This document shows positions 18,002-27,664 of a DNA stretch of 64,000 bases, piece after piece (position 1 is the stretch's first letter; every line of letters starts with the position of its first letter). The stretch covers positions 2,048,001-2,112,000 of the forward strand of contig OZ242011.1 of the NCBI GenBank assembly GCA_965204755.1, in the 5' to 3' direction. The position numbers were made by a program, and so were the translations under genes. The notes beneath the pieces were generated by a model. It saw only the letters and a list, made by a program, of their open reading frames with translations, was not told where the DNA came from and searched no databases. This DNA comes from Candidatus Marinacidobacterium sp. GTDB lineage: Bacteria > Acidobacteriota > Vicinamibacteria > Marinacidobacterales > Marinacidobacteraceae.

Positions 18002-19948
18002 TCAACCGGCGCGGGCGCGGCGGAGGGGGATTTGGACGAGGATCCAGCCCAGGGCGGCGAAGACCAGGAAGCCCGGGACGCCCGAAGGCATGGCCACGAG
18101 GGACGGCAACTGGTAGTTCAGCACGGCGAAGCCGGACAGGCCCACGCCCATCAGCGCCTCGCCGGCGATCAGGCCCGACGCGATCAGCGTTCCGGCGCTT
18201 TCGCCCAGCGTCCGCCTCTCCGGCGGGAGCGACGCCATCCGGCGGTCGGAGAGCCAGCGGAGGCCGCCGCCGACGAAGATGGCGAAAGTCGTCTGCAACG
18301 GCAGGTACATCCCCACCGCGATCAGCATCGGCGACGGCGCCTGGATCAGGATGAGGAACAGGCACAGCGCGATCCCGAACACCACCAGCGGCCAGCGCAT
18401 CTCGCCGCCCACGATTCCCTGCGAGAGGAGCGCCATCAACCCGGCCTGCGGGGCCGGCAACTCTTCTCCGCCGACGCCGACGCCGCCGGCGGCGATGTCC
18501 CCGCGATGCAGCAGCATCATCGGCAGCACCAGGAACAGCGAAGCGAACGCGACGCCGATGATTTCCGCCCATTCCATGCGGAACGGCGTCCCGCCGAGGA
18601 TCTGCCCGACCTTCAGGTCCTGCAGCATGTCCCCGGCGACGGCGCAGGCGCAGCAGACCACCGCCGCCACGCCGAGCACCGCCGCGACGCCCTCGGTCCC
18701 GGTAACGCCGAGGAAAGTCATCAGCAGCGCCGCGAGCAGCAGCGTCGAGATCGTCAGGCCGGACACCGGGTTCGACGAACTGCCGATGATGCCGACCAGG
18801 TAACCCGCGACCGCGGAGAAGAAGAACCCGGCGATGATCATCACGATCGCCGAGCCGAGCGCGCCGAGCGGTTGGCCGGTGTAGTAGTTGTAGAGGAAGA
18901 AGGTGGGTATGACCAGCGCGGCGACTCCCGCCGCGGTCCAACTGAACGGGATGTCGCGGTCGGACTCTTCGGCGGCGGCCGCGTGCGAACCGCGCAACTC
19001 CGCGACCGAGCGGCGCAACCCCTCCGCGAGCGGTTTGCGCATCCGGAGGAGCGTCCAGACCGCGCCGGCGATCATCGCGCCCACCGCGATCGGCCGCACC
19101 AGTTCCGCCCATACCACGCCGCTCACCGCGCTCCAGTCCGCGCCCGACGCGGCCATCCGGCCGGTATCGGCGAACTCCGGGTTGAAGAAGAGGACCGCCG
19201 GGATCATGAACCACCACGCGAAGACGCCGCCGGAGAAACAGATCGCCGACAGCCGGAACCCGATGATGTATCCCACTCCCAGGTACGCCGGCGACGCCGC
19301 CGGGGTCGAGAACGGGAGGATGCCCGGTTGCGCCGCCGCGCCGAACGAAGTGGAGCCGACCGCGAGCGTTCCCCGGAACGAGCCGTAGCCGAACGCGCCG
19401 GCGATGCGGTCGGTGAACAACTGGATGCCCTTCGAGTTCTTCAGCAGTTCGATGAGCGCGCCCACCCCCATCATCTGGAACAGCAGCCGTCCGCCGCTCG
19501 CGCCCTTGCCGGCGCGGTGGATCTCCGCCGCGGCGACGGACTCCGGGAACGGCAACTCCGGATCGCCCACCATGCTCCGGCGCAGGATCACGACGAACAG
19601 GATCCCGAGCAGCCCGCCCACCAGCATCAGCAGCGTGCTCTCTAGGTAGTGGAACTCCTCCCAGGCGCCGGCCATGAGGAACGCCGGCAGGGTGAAGATC
19701 GCGCCGGCGGCGAGCGCTTCACCCACCGAAGCGGTCGTCCGGGCGATGTTCTCTTCGAGCAGACTGCCGCGGAAGAGGCCGCGGATCACCACCATCGAGA
19801 CGACCGCGGCGGGGAAGGTGGCCGCGACAGTCTGCCCGGCGCGGATGCCGAGGTACGCGTTCGCCGCGCCCAGCACCACCGCCATCAACAGGCCGAGCAG
19901 CAGCGCGCGCGCCGTGAACTCGCGCGCCGGGCCGGAAGAATTCGCCAT
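18002..19948 (-). CDS. OPT family oligopeptide transporter
   Basis: EFT.RA...AANAYLG, LEENI, LPFPES.AAAE, SSNPVSG, DMLQDLKVG and LPAPQA motifs; many TM segments. Confidence 0.93.
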   Translation of the reverse strand: MANSSGPAREFTARALLLGLLMAVVLGAANAYLGIRAGQTVAATFPAAVVSMVVIRGLFRGSLLEENIARTTASVGEALAAGAIFTLPAFLMAGAWEEFHYLESTLLMLVGGLLGILFVVILRRSMVGDPELPFPESVAAAEIHRAGKGASGGRLLFQMMGVGALIELLKNSKGIQLFTDRIAGAFGYGSFRGTLAVGSTSFGAAAQPGILPFSTPAASPAYLGVGYIIGFRLSAICFSGGVFAWWFMIPAVLFFNPEFADTGRMAASGADWSAVSGVVWAELVRPIAVGAMIAGAVWTLLRMRKPLAEGLRRSVAELRGSHAAAAEESDRDIPFSWTAAGVAALVIPTFFLYNYYTGQPLGALGSAIVMIIAGFFFSAVAGYLVGIIGSSSNPVSGLTISTLLLAALLMTFLGVTGTEGVAAVLGVAAVVCCACAVAGDMLQDLKVGQILGGTPFRMEWAEIIGVAFASLFLVLPMMLLHRGDIAAGGVGVGGEELPAPQAGLMALLSQGIVGGEMRWPLVVFGIALCLFLILIQAPSPMLIAVGMYLPLQTTFAIFVGGGLRWLSDRRMASLPPERRTLGESAGTLIASGLIAGEALMGVGLSGFAVLNYQLPSLVAMPSGVPGFLVFAALGWILVQIPLRRARAG

Positions 19949-20078
19949 GGAAACGCTCCTTCGGGAGGAATCCGGCGCGTTATATCAAGACGGGCGCGGC
20001 GCGGCTTCCGGTCGAGGCGCCGCGCGGCCGGCGGTCGGGCGCCGCGCTCCCGCGGTACGGTTCCGTCCGAATCGCCCC

Positions 20079-20777
20079 ATGTGCGCCCGGTTCATGCAGG
20101 AACTCCAGCGGCAGGCGGTCCGCGACCTGTACCGGGTCGCCGCGGAAGACGACCCGCCGCCGCTCCTGCCCCGCTTCAACGGCGCGCCGACCCAGGACTT
20201 CGCGGTCTGCCGGAACGCGGCCACCGCCGCCGGCGCCGCCCGTAAGCCCCGCCGGGAGATCGCCCGCCTGCGCTGGGGGATGGGCCGGGCGCCCGGCCGC
20301 GGCTCACCGCTCATCAACGCCCGGGCCGAGTCCGTCCACCGCCGGGAGGCCTTCGCCGACGCCTTCCGCAGCCGCCGGTGCCTCGTCCCGGCGAACGGCT
20401 GGTTCGAGTGGATCCGCGCCGGACGGCAGCGCCTCCCCTACTTCATGGCCCCGGAGGACGGCGGCGTCCTCTCGTTCGCCGGCGTTTGGGAGTCGGCGCC
20501 GGGCGCGCCCTCCGAATCCTTCGCCGTCCTCACCACCGCCGCCCTTCCCGAACTGCAACGGATCCACGACCGCCAACCCGCGATCGTGCCCCCCGCCGCG
20601 TTCGCCGACTGGCTCGATCCGGCGACTCCCGAAACCCGCCTGCTGGAAATCGCACGGGAACCGCCGACCGGCCCCTACGAAGTCCGTCCGGTGAGCGTCC
20701 GCGTCAACTCGGTCGCCAACGACGACCCCGACCTCCTGAAACCGCGCCCGGAACTCTTCGCGCCCCCCGCCGGCTGA
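20079..20777 (+). CDS. SOS response-associated peptidase (SRAP/HMCES/YedK family)
   Basis: MCARF N-terminus (catalytic Cys2), RFNGAPTQ, LINARAE, RRCLVPANGWFEW, IHDRQP and VS.RVN. Confidence 0.9.
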   Translation: MCARFMQELQRQAVRDLYRVAAEDDPPPLLPRFNGAPTQDFAVCRNAATAAGAARKPRREIARLRWGMGRAPGRGSPLINARAESVHRREAFADAFRSRRCLVPANGWFEWIRAGRQRLPYFMAPEDGGVLSFAGVWESAPGAPSESFAVLTTAALPELQRIHDRQPAIVPPAAFADWLDPATPETRLLEIAREPPTGPYEVRPVSVRVNSVANDDPDLLKPRPELFAPPAG

Positions 20778-20799
20778 ACGCCGACGCGCCCGCGCCGCC

Positions 20800-21867
20800 T
20801 CAGCGGTAACGCCGCGACCGGCGCGGCCCGCTCTCGCCCAGCCGGAGTTCCGTGTTCGCCGTCAACTCCGGCCCCGACGCCTCCCCCCGCCGCAGCGACA
20901 GCCAACCGGCCGCCGCGATCATCGCCGCGTTGTCCGTCGAAAGCGCCACCGACGGATAGAACACCGGCAGCCCCCGCTCCTCCCCCAACTCGCGGAACCG
21001 CTTCCGCAACGCCGAATTCGCCGCCACTCCCCCCGAAAGCAGCACCGACCGCGCCGGGAACTCGCCGAGCGCCCGCTCCACCGACCGGGAGAGCGCCCGC
21101 ACCACCGCCGCCTGGAACGACGCCGCCAGGTCGCGGATCTCGGCGCGCGCCGCCGGGTCCTCCCCCTCCGCCACGGCAGCGATTCCTTCGCTCTCGATGA
21201 ACCGCAGCACCTGCGTCTTCAACCCGGAGAAACTGAAGTCCCACTGCGCCCCGTCCGAAAACACCGGCAGCGAAAACCGCCGCGACGCCGGGTCGCCCGC
21301 CGCCGCCAGCCGGTCGAGCACCGGCCCGCCGGGGTAACCGAGCCCGAGCCGTTTGGCCAACTTGTCGTAGGCCTCCCCGGCGGCGTCGTCCCGCGTCTTC
21401 CCCAGCAGCCGGTATTCGCCGTCGCCTTCGACGAGGAACAGGTTGGTATGCCCGCCGGACACCACCAGCGCGATCGCCGGATGGGACGGCGCCGGCTCGC
21501 ATTCCAGGTAACAGGCGCGGATGTGGCCCTCGATGTGGTCCACCCCGACCACCGGGATGCCCCGGGCGAAGGCGAACGCCTTGGCGAAGCACACCCCGGA
21601 CAGCAGCGCCCCCACCAACCCCGGCCCTTCGGTAACCGCCACGCCCTCGATGTCCGCCGCGGTCACCCCGGCGTCGGCGAGCGCCTGCGTAACCACCGGC
21701 GTCAGGTTCGTCAGGTGCTGGCGCGAAGCGATCTCCGGGACGACGCCGCCGTAGGGGGCGTGCGCCGCCGCCTGCGAACTCACCACATTCGACCGGATGC
21801 GGACGCCGTCCTCGACCACCGCCGCCGAGGTTTCGTCGCACGAAGTCTCGATTCCCAGGATCAGCAC
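20800..21867 (-). CDS. tsaD: tRNA N6-adenosine threonylcarbamoyltransferase
   Basis: ILGIETSCDETSAAV, GGVVPEIASRQH, HIEGH, VSGGHT, DDAAGEAYDK, FSFSGLKT and TDNAAMI. Confidence 0.96.
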   Translation of the reverse strand: MLILGIETSCDETSAAVVEDGVRIRSNVVSSQAAAHAPYGGVVPEIASRQHLTNLTPVVTQALADAGVTAADIEGVAVTEGPGLVGALLSGVCFAKAFAFARGIPVVGVDHIEGHIRACYLECEPAPSHPAIALVVSGGHTNLFLVEGDGEYRLLGKTRDDAAGEAYDKLAKRLGLGYPGGPVLDRLAAAGDPASRRFSLPVFSDGAQWDFSFSGLKTQVLRFIESEGIAAVAEGEDPAARAEIRDLAASFQAAVVRALSRSVERALGEFPARSVLLSGGVAANSALRKRFRELGEERGLPVFYPSVALSTDNAAMIAAAGWLSLRRGEASGPELTANTELRLGESGPRRSRRYR

Positions 21868-22607
21868 GGCGGTGAGCCCCCCGGCGGCGGCGGCTCGGCG
21901 GGACCGGCCCCGTCCTCTTCCGAAACCCCTTCGGCGTTGAACTCCCAGGCGATCGGTTTCCGGCACTTCGCGCAGTGGGCGTATCGCAACCGGCGCGAGA
22001 GCCGGTGCCGCGTCCACCGCCGGTCGCACCCGCACGCGCCGACCCACTTCGGCCGGGTGTGCTCGGTGTCGTGGCAGGCCTCCGGGCCGGCGCCGATCCG
22101 CACCGCGGTCCGCTTCCATACCTCGTCGTGGCCGTGGTCGATGCCGACGATGGCGTGCGCGATCTCGTGGAGGATGGTCTTCTCGACCGCCTCCCGCCCG
22201 GCGCGCAGGCAGTAACTCACCGAGATCTCGATCCGGCGCTCCGAGGGGCGGCACACCCCGGCGCGCACCTTCGCCAGGTCGAAGCCGAACTCCCAGCCCG
22301 GCGCCAACTCGCCCGAAGCGGTGTGGCGGCGCAGGAATTCCCGCCCTGCGCGGTCGGCCTCCTCGAGCGAACAGCGCGGCGGCGGCGCGCCGGGGGCCCG
22401 CTGCAGCAGTGAGTAGGGCACGCTCCACGCCTGCCCCTCCCGGTCGGCGACCGAAGCGCCGCGCAGCGCGAGCGAAGTCACCTTCGCGGCGCGGCGGACC
22501 CCGCGGTGCTCGAACGAGACCGGGCAGCCGACCGGGAACGCCCCGCCGGGGAAGTCGGGGCCGATCAGGTACCGCGTCGGTAGGCGCGGAACGCCCGGCG
22601 GGAGCAT
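21861..22607 (-). CDS. SprT-like zinc metalloprotease domain protein
   Basis: RAGVC, TILHEIAHA..G..HGHD.VWK and C-terminal Cys pairs. Confidence 0.85.
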   Translation of the reverse strand: MLPPGVPRLPTRYLIGPDFPGGAFPVGCPVSFEHRGVRRAAKVTSLALRGASVADREGQAWSVPYSLLQRAPGAPPPRCSLEEADRAGREFLRRHTASGELAPGWEFGFDLAKVRAGVCRPSERRIEISVSYCLRAGREAVEKTILHEIAHAIVGIDHGHDEVWKRTAVRIGAGPEACHDTEHTRPKWVGACGCDRRWTRHRLSRRLRYAHCAKCRKPIAWEFNAEGVSEEDGAGPAEPPPPGGSPPC

Positions 22608-22638
22608 CCGGCGGGGGAGCGTACGCGCTCGGGCCGCG

Positions 22639-23715
22639 TCACCCGGCGAGCGCGGCGAGCGACTCGCGGTACGGCGGCCGCGCGATGCCGCGCTCGGTAA
22701 CGATGGCGGAGATGAGCCGCGCCGGCGTCACATCGAACGCCGGGTTCCAGGCGGCGGCGCCCGGCGGCGCGACCCGCTTTCCGGAGAGTTCGGTTACCTC
22801 GGAGGCGGCGCGTTCCTCGATGGGGATGCCGGCGCCGTCGGCGGTGGCGAGGTCCACCGTGGAAAACGGCGCCGCGACCCAGAAGGGGACGCCGTGCTCG
22901 CGGGCGAGCACCGCCGCCTGGTAGGTGCCGATCTTGTTCGCGGTGTCCCCGTTCGCGGCGATCCGGTCGGCGCCGACCACGACCGCGTCCACCCGCTCCC
23001 GCGCGAGCAGCGCCCCCACCGTCCCGTCGGTGATCAGCGTCACCGGGATGCCCGCGGCGAGGAGTTCCCACGCGGTGAGCCGGGCGCCCTGCAGCCGGGG
23101 GCGGGTCTCGCAGGCGAAGACTTCCACCCGCCGGCCGGACTCCGCCGCCGACCGGACGATGCCGAGGGCGGTCCCGTAGCCGCCGGTGGCGAGCGAGCCG
23201 GTGTTGCAGTGGGTGAGGAAGCGCGTCGGGGCGGGGGCGGCGGGGAGGAGCGACCGGCCGAGTTCGCCGATCCGCCGGTTGGCGGCCACATCCTCCGCGG
23301 CGATGGCGTCCGCTTCCGCCAGCAGCGCGCGGGCGGCCCGCTCCGCGAGACCGGCAGGGTTACCGGCGGCGAGCGTCCCGGACAGTCGGCCCCGCTGGCG
23401 TTCGATGGCGGCGGCGAGGTTCACCGCGGTCGGCCGCGCGGCGAGGAGCAGCCGGGCCGCGTCCTCGAACCGCTCCCGGATTTCGCCGGCGTCACCGGCG
23501 CCGCCGGCGGGCGGCCGGGCCAGCGCGAGGGCGACGCCGTACGCGGCGGCGATCCCGATGGCCGGGGCGCCGCGGACGGCCATCTCCCGAATCGCCTCCG
23601 CCGCGGAGGCCGGGTCGGGACACTCGATCCACCGCTCTTCCTCCGGAAGTTTCCGCTGGTCGAGCAGCCGGAGGGTCGGCCCCTCCGGGTCGAAGCGGAT
23701 CGGCGAGTCGAGCAT
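22639..23715 (-). CDS. mtnA: S-methyl-5-thioribose-1-phosphate isomerase
   Basis: LLDQRKLP, MAVRGAPAIG, RPTAVNL, LTHCNTGSLAT, ETRPRLQGARLT, GADRIAANGDTANKIGTY and NPAFDVTP. Confidence 0.95.
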   Translation of the reverse strand: MLDSPIRFDPEGPTLRLLDQRKLPEEERWIECPDPASAAEAIREMAVRGAPAIGIAAAYGVALALARPPAGGAGDAGEIRERFEDAARLLLAARPTAVNLAAAIERQRGRLSGTLAAGNPAGLAERAARALLAEADAIAAEDVAANRRIGELGRSLLPAAPAPTRFLTHCNTGSLATGGYGTALGIVRSAAESGRRVEVFACETRPRLQGARLTAWELLAAGIPVTLITDGTVGALLARERVDAVVVGADRIAANGDTANKIGTYQAAVLAREHGVPFWVAAPFSTVDLATADGAGIPIEERAASEVTELSGKRVAPPGAAAWNPAFDVTPARLISAIVTERGIARPPYRESLAALAG

Positions 23716-23865
23716 CGGCGAGCAATGGGGGCTGCCCCGGCGGGACGCCGGCCCGGCTCGGGGGCGGGCGCCCGCCGCCGCGCCGGCGTGAGACATTTCT
23801 CACGGCCGGCGGACGACCCGGAGCGGCGCCGCGTCGGCGCCCGGCCCCGGGCCGGGGTCAGTCCG

Positions 23866-24189
23866 TCAGATGTTCCAGCGGACGAAGAAGACGATGAGCG
23901 CGGTTACGAAGGCGTAGATGACCAGCGACTCGATCAGCACCAGCCCGAGGAGCAGCGCGAACCGGATCTGGTCGGAGGCGCCGGGGTTCCGGGCCAGGCC
24001 TTCGCAGGCGCCGACCACCGCCTTGCTCTGGGCGATCGCGCCGGCGGCGGCCGCGAGCGCGATCACGCCGGTGGCGGAGATGAGCGCCCACTTGGTGACC
24101 ATCGGGTCCCAGGTTCCCTGGGCGAAGACCGGAGCGGCGAAGACGACGGCGAGGACGGTGAAAAGAGCCGTCCGCAGTTTGGTGGACAA
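23866..24189 (-). CDS. atpE: F0F1 ATP synthase subunit c with N-terminal extension
   Basis: ARNP loop and LIESLVIY helix with the ion-binding Glu; lies next to atpB. Confidence 0.92.
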   Translation of the reverse strand: MSTKLRTALFTVLAVVFAAPVFAQGTWDPMVTKWALISATGVIALAAAAGAIAQSKAVVGACEGLARNPGASDQIRFALLLGLVLIESLVIYAFVTALIVFFVRWNI

Positions 24190-24262
24190 TTTCTGTTGCT
24201 CTCCTTGAAGAGGGGATGGAGTCGGGGGAATCGGGGAAATCGGGGAACGGCGGTTCCGGGCG

Positions 24263-24952
24263 TCAGTGTTCGTCCGCGGTAACCGCGCCGCCGAGGTAGA
24301 TGACGGTGAGCATGGTGAAGACGAACGCCTGCAGGAAACTGCCGAAGACGCCGAAGGCCATCATCGGCACCGGAATCACCAGCGGCACCAGGAAGGCGAG
24401 GACCACGACGACGAGTTCCTCGCCGAAGATGTTGCCGAAGAGCCGCATCGAAAGCGAGAGGATGCGGCTCAGGTGGCTGATGATTTCGATCGGCAGCATC
24501 ACGATCGCCAGGTACGGACTCGGCCCGAGGAAGTGCGCGAAGTACTTCTTCGCGCCGTGCTCGCGGATGCCCTGGTAGTTGTAGTAGGCGAACGCGACCA
24601 GCGCGCAGCCCACCGGCATGTTCACATTCACCGTGGGCGACGAGAAGAAGGGAATGAGTCCCAGCAGGTTCCCCACCAGGATGAACAGCCCGATGGTGCC
24701 CACCATTCCCAGGAACGGGCGGCCCTTCGCGCCCACATTGTCCCGGAGCAGCGAGAGGAGCCCGCCGATCAGCCCTTCGAGGACGAGTTGCAATTTGCCC
24801 GGGTTCTCGAGCGAGATGCGCCGCCGGAAGAAGAACGCGAAACCGGACAGGAACACCGCCGCGAACACCGCCATCACGATGTGGTCCGGCGGGTGTACGT
24901 GGAATACCGCCTCGATCCAGTGCGTCAGCGCTGACGAGTGGGTGATTTCCAT
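24263..24952 (-). CDS. atpB: F0F1 ATP synthase subunit a
   Basis: NLLGLIP...PT, PIEIISHLSRILSLSMRLFGNIFG and LQAFVFTMLT.IYL. Confidence 0.96.
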   Translation of the reverse strand: MEITHSSALTHWIEAVFHVHPPDHIVMAVFAAVFLSGFAFFFRRRISLENPGKLQLVLEGLIGGLLSLLRDNVGAKGRPFLGMVGTIGLFILVGNLLGLIPFFSSPTVNVNMPVGCALVAFAYYNYQGIREHGAKKYFAHFLGPSPYLAIVMLPIEIISHLSRILSLSMRLFGNIFGEELVVVVLAFLVPLVIPVPMMAFGVFGSFLQAFVFTMLTVIYLGGAVTADEH

Positions 24953-24994
24953 GGTGGTTGCCGCGAGGCGGGAGGGGGGAGCCGGGGCGTCCGG

Positions 24995-25537
24995 CTAACT
25001 CTGCGGGGGCCGGGTTTCCGACTCGGAGGGAGGCGGCCCGGAAGGAGGCGGCCCGGAGGAAGACGGAGGGGGCTGCCGGGTGGAGGGCGCGGCGCGAAAC
25101 GCCCCGAAACCCTCGGTTCCCACCTCCGGGAGGATGGCCAGCAGCGGCGCACCCAGTCCGCACACCACGCCGATCGGGTCGGCGTTCCAAGCGCCAATTA
25201 TGGCGAACAGGACGGCGCCGAGCAAGATGTAGCGCAGCCCGGTGAACGCGGCTGCCCGCAGCGCGGCGCGGGCGGAGAGCGAGGCGGTGAACGACCGCGC
25301 CACCCGCCGGAGGAGGTGCATGTTGGCGGCGGAAACCGCCGCGCCGGCGAGGACGGAGAGACCGGGGCGGACGCCGAAGGCGGCGAAGCCGACCAGCGTG
25401 GCCGCGGCGCCGAGGGCGACGGCGCGCCGGAGCATCCGGGACTCGCGCTCCGGGAGCGGCATCCCCTTCGGCGGGGCGCCGCCGCCGGAGGCCGGCGCCG
25501 CCTGGGCCGGCGTTTCCTCGGTAACGGTCGGGTTCAC
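24995..25537 (-). CDS. atpI: ATP synthase I-type membrane protein
   Basis: Four hydrophobic segments, G...S..N and LRY motifs; directly upstream of atpB. Confidence 0.7.
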   Translation of the reverse strand: MNPTVTEETPAQAAPASGGGAPPKGMPLPERESRMLRRAVALGAAATLVGFAAFGVRPGLSVLAGAAVSAANMHLLRRVARSFTASLSARAALRAAAFTGLRYILLGAVLFAIIGAWNADPIGVVCGLGAPLLAILPEVGTEGFGAFRAAPSTRQPPPSSSGPPPSGPPPSESETRPPQS

Positions 25538-25851
25538 GGTCGGCGGGGAGTCGGGGCGGAATCACCCGGCGGGTCGGGTCGGTCGGGCTGCCGCCCGCCC
25601 CCGGGCGCGGCGGCGGAGGCGGCGCGCACCACATTGCGGATCCCGGCGGCGACGCCGAAGCCGAGGAACAGCAGCGAGAGCCACGGCAGCGTTCCCAGCG
25701 CCCGGTCGAGGAGGAACCCGACCGCCCCGCCGCCGACGACGGCGATCGGCACCGAGAACCCGAGGCTCAGCAGCGTCAGCGTCCGGGCGCGGGGCGGAGC
25801 GCCGCCGGGCCCGGTTCCGGGCCCGGGGTCGGGCGCCGGCGGAACGCTCAG
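25534..25851 (-). CDS. AtpZ/AtpI family protein
   Basis: LSLGFSVPIAVVGGGAVGFLLDRALGTLPWLSLLFLGFGVAAG is the AtpZ pattern. Start uncertain; the frame is open up to a CTG overlapping the nuoM stop. Confidence 0.75.
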   Translation of the reverse strand: MSVPPAPDPGPGTGPGGAPPRARTLTLLSLGFSVPIAVVGGGAVGFLLDRALGTLPWLSLLFLGFGVAAGIRNVVRAASAAAPGGGRQPDRPDPPGDSAPTPRRP

Positions 25852-27623
25852 TCGTTCGCGGCGGAACGCGCGGTCGGGGAATCCCCCGAAACGCCCGCGG
25901 CGTCCCCCGCGCCCGCGGCGTCCCCCGCGCCCGCGGCGTCCCCCGAAGCGCCAGCGGCGTCCCCCGAAGCGCCCGCGGCGTCCTCGACGGCCGAGACGCC
26001 GATCCCGTCCGGAAGCGGCGTCCCGCCCCCCGCCGGAGGAACTTCGCCGGCGCCTTCTTCCGCGTCGCCCTCATCGTCGGCGGCCGCCCCGGTCGCTTCC
26101 GCCGAAGCCGTCTGCCCCGCGGTCGGGTCGAGCCGCTCGACGATGTTCGCCACCGGCACCGCCAACTTGTCGAGGAACGGCTTGGGATACACCCCGATGA
26201 AGATGCACAGCGCGACGATCGGGATCAGCGTGGCGTTCTCGCGCCGGGTCACATCGACGAGCGCGCGGTTCTCCTCCCGGTCCAACTTGCCGAACATGAG
26301 CCGCTGGTAGAGCCACAGCAGGTACGCCGCGCCGAGCACGATCCCCGAAACCGCGAACGCCGCGTAGATCCAGTTCACCTGGAAGATCCCCTGCAGGATC
26401 AGGAACTCGCCGATGAACCCGTTGAGCATCGGCAGCCCCATCGAAGCGAGCGCGATCACCAGGAACATCGCCGCGTACACCGGCACCACCTTCGCGATGC
26501 CGCCGTAGGCCGCGATCTCCCGGGTATGCCGCTGCTCGTACATGATGCCGACCAACAGGAAGAGCCCCCCGGTGGAGAGCCCGTGGTTGATCATCTGCAG
26601 GATGCCGCCTTCGAGGCCGAGCGTGTTCAGCGCGAAGATGCCCAGCATCACGAAGCCGAGGTGGCTCACCGAACTGTAGGCGACCAGACTCTTCCAGTCC
26701 TTCTGGACGAGCGCGACCAGCGCGCCGTAGATGATGCCGATGATGGCGAGCGTGGCCACCCACCAGACCGCGTCCCGGCTGGCTTCCGGCAGCAGGGGAA
26801 TGGAGAACCGGACGAACCCGTAGGTCCCCATCTTCAGCAGGACGCCGGCCAGGATGACCGAACCGGCGGTCGGCGCTTCCACATGGGCGTCCGGGAGCCA
26901 GGTGTGGAACGGGAACATCGGCACCTTGATGGCGAACCCGACGAAGAACGCGAGGAACACCCAGAACTGCAGGCCCGAAGCGTAGGAAGTCTCCATGAGC
27001 CGCAGCAGGTCGAAGGTGTATTCCCCGGTGGCCGCGTGGTGCGCGAAGTAGAGCGCCAGGATGCCGAGCAGCATCAGGACGCTGCCGACCAGCGTGTACA
27101 GGAAGAACTTGATCGCCGCGTAGAGTTTCCTCGCCCCGCCCCAGACCCCGATGAGGAAGTACATCGGGACCAGCATGACTTCCCAGAACACATAGAACAG
27201 GAAGAAGTCGAGGGCGACGAACACGCCCAGCATCCCCGTCTGCAGGAACAGCAGGAACACATAGTACTGCTTGACCCGCTCGGTAACCGCCTTCCACGAG
27301 GACAGGATGGCGATGAAACCGAGCAGCGTGGTCATCAGGATCAGCAGCAGGCTGATCCCGTCCATCGCGATGTTGTATTCCACGCCGATACTCGGGATCC
27401 AGGAGTACCGCTCGCCGAACTGGAACTGCGGCCCGGAGGCGTCGAACGCGAACCAGAGCGGCAGCGACAGCAGGAACCCGATGAACGCGGCGATGTTCGC
27501 CAGCCAGCGGATGCGGCCTTCGTCCTTCTTGTTCACGAAGAACAGGATGCCGAGCGCGGCGAGCGCCGGGAAGAAGACCACCAGCGACAGCAGCGGGAAA
27601 TCGAAGGGGTTGTTCTCGAACAT
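25848..27623 (-). CDS. nuoM: NADH-quinone oxidoreductase subunit M with low-complexity C-terminal tail
   Basis: FYVFWEVMLVPMYFLIGVWG, KVPMFPFHTWLPDAHVEAPTAGS and AYSSVSHLG. Confidence 0.95.
   Translation of the reverse strand: MFENNPFDFPLLSLVVFFPALAALGILFFVNKKDEGRIRWLANIAAFIGFLLSLPLWFAFDASGPQFQFGERYSWIPSIGVEYNIAMDGISLLLILMTTLLGFIAILSSWKAVTERVKQYYVFLLFLQTGMLGVFVALDFFLFYVFWEVMLVPMYFLIGVWGGARKLYAAIKFFLYTLVGSVLMLLGILALYFAHHAATGEYTFDLLRLMETSYASGLQFWVFLAFFVGFAIKVPMFPFHTWLPDAHVEAPTAGSVILAGVLLKMGTYGFVRFSIPLLPEASRDAVWWVATLAIIGIIYGALVALVQKDWKSLVAYSSVSHLGFVMLGIFALNTLGLEGGILQMINHGLSTGGLFLLVGIMYEQRHTREIAAYGGIAKVVPVYAAMFLVIALASMGLPMLNGFIGEFLILQGIFQVNWIYAAFAVSGIVLGAAYLLWLYQRLMFGKLDREENRALVDVTRRENATLIPIVALCIFIGVYPKPFLDKLAVPVANIVERLDPTAGQTASAEATGAAADDEGDAEEGAGEVPPAGGGTPLPDGIGVSAVEDAAGASGDAAGASGDAAGAGDAAGAGDAAGVSGDSPTARSAAND
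25882..25983. repeat. Imperfect 18/21-bp tandem repeat encoding (DAAGA[S]G)n in the NuoM tail
   Basis: About 5 units of gcgtcccccg(aa)gcgcccgcg; protein DAAGASG DAAGASG DAAGAG DAAGAG DAAGVSG. Confidence 0.8.
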
Positions 27624-27664
27624 TTCGGGGGGTTATCGCCGGTCGGTCGAACGGGGAGGGAGGG

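Noticed and set aside
25882-25983. Possible CRISPR array
   Set aside because: Contiguous coding tandem repeat with no unique spacers and no cas genes.
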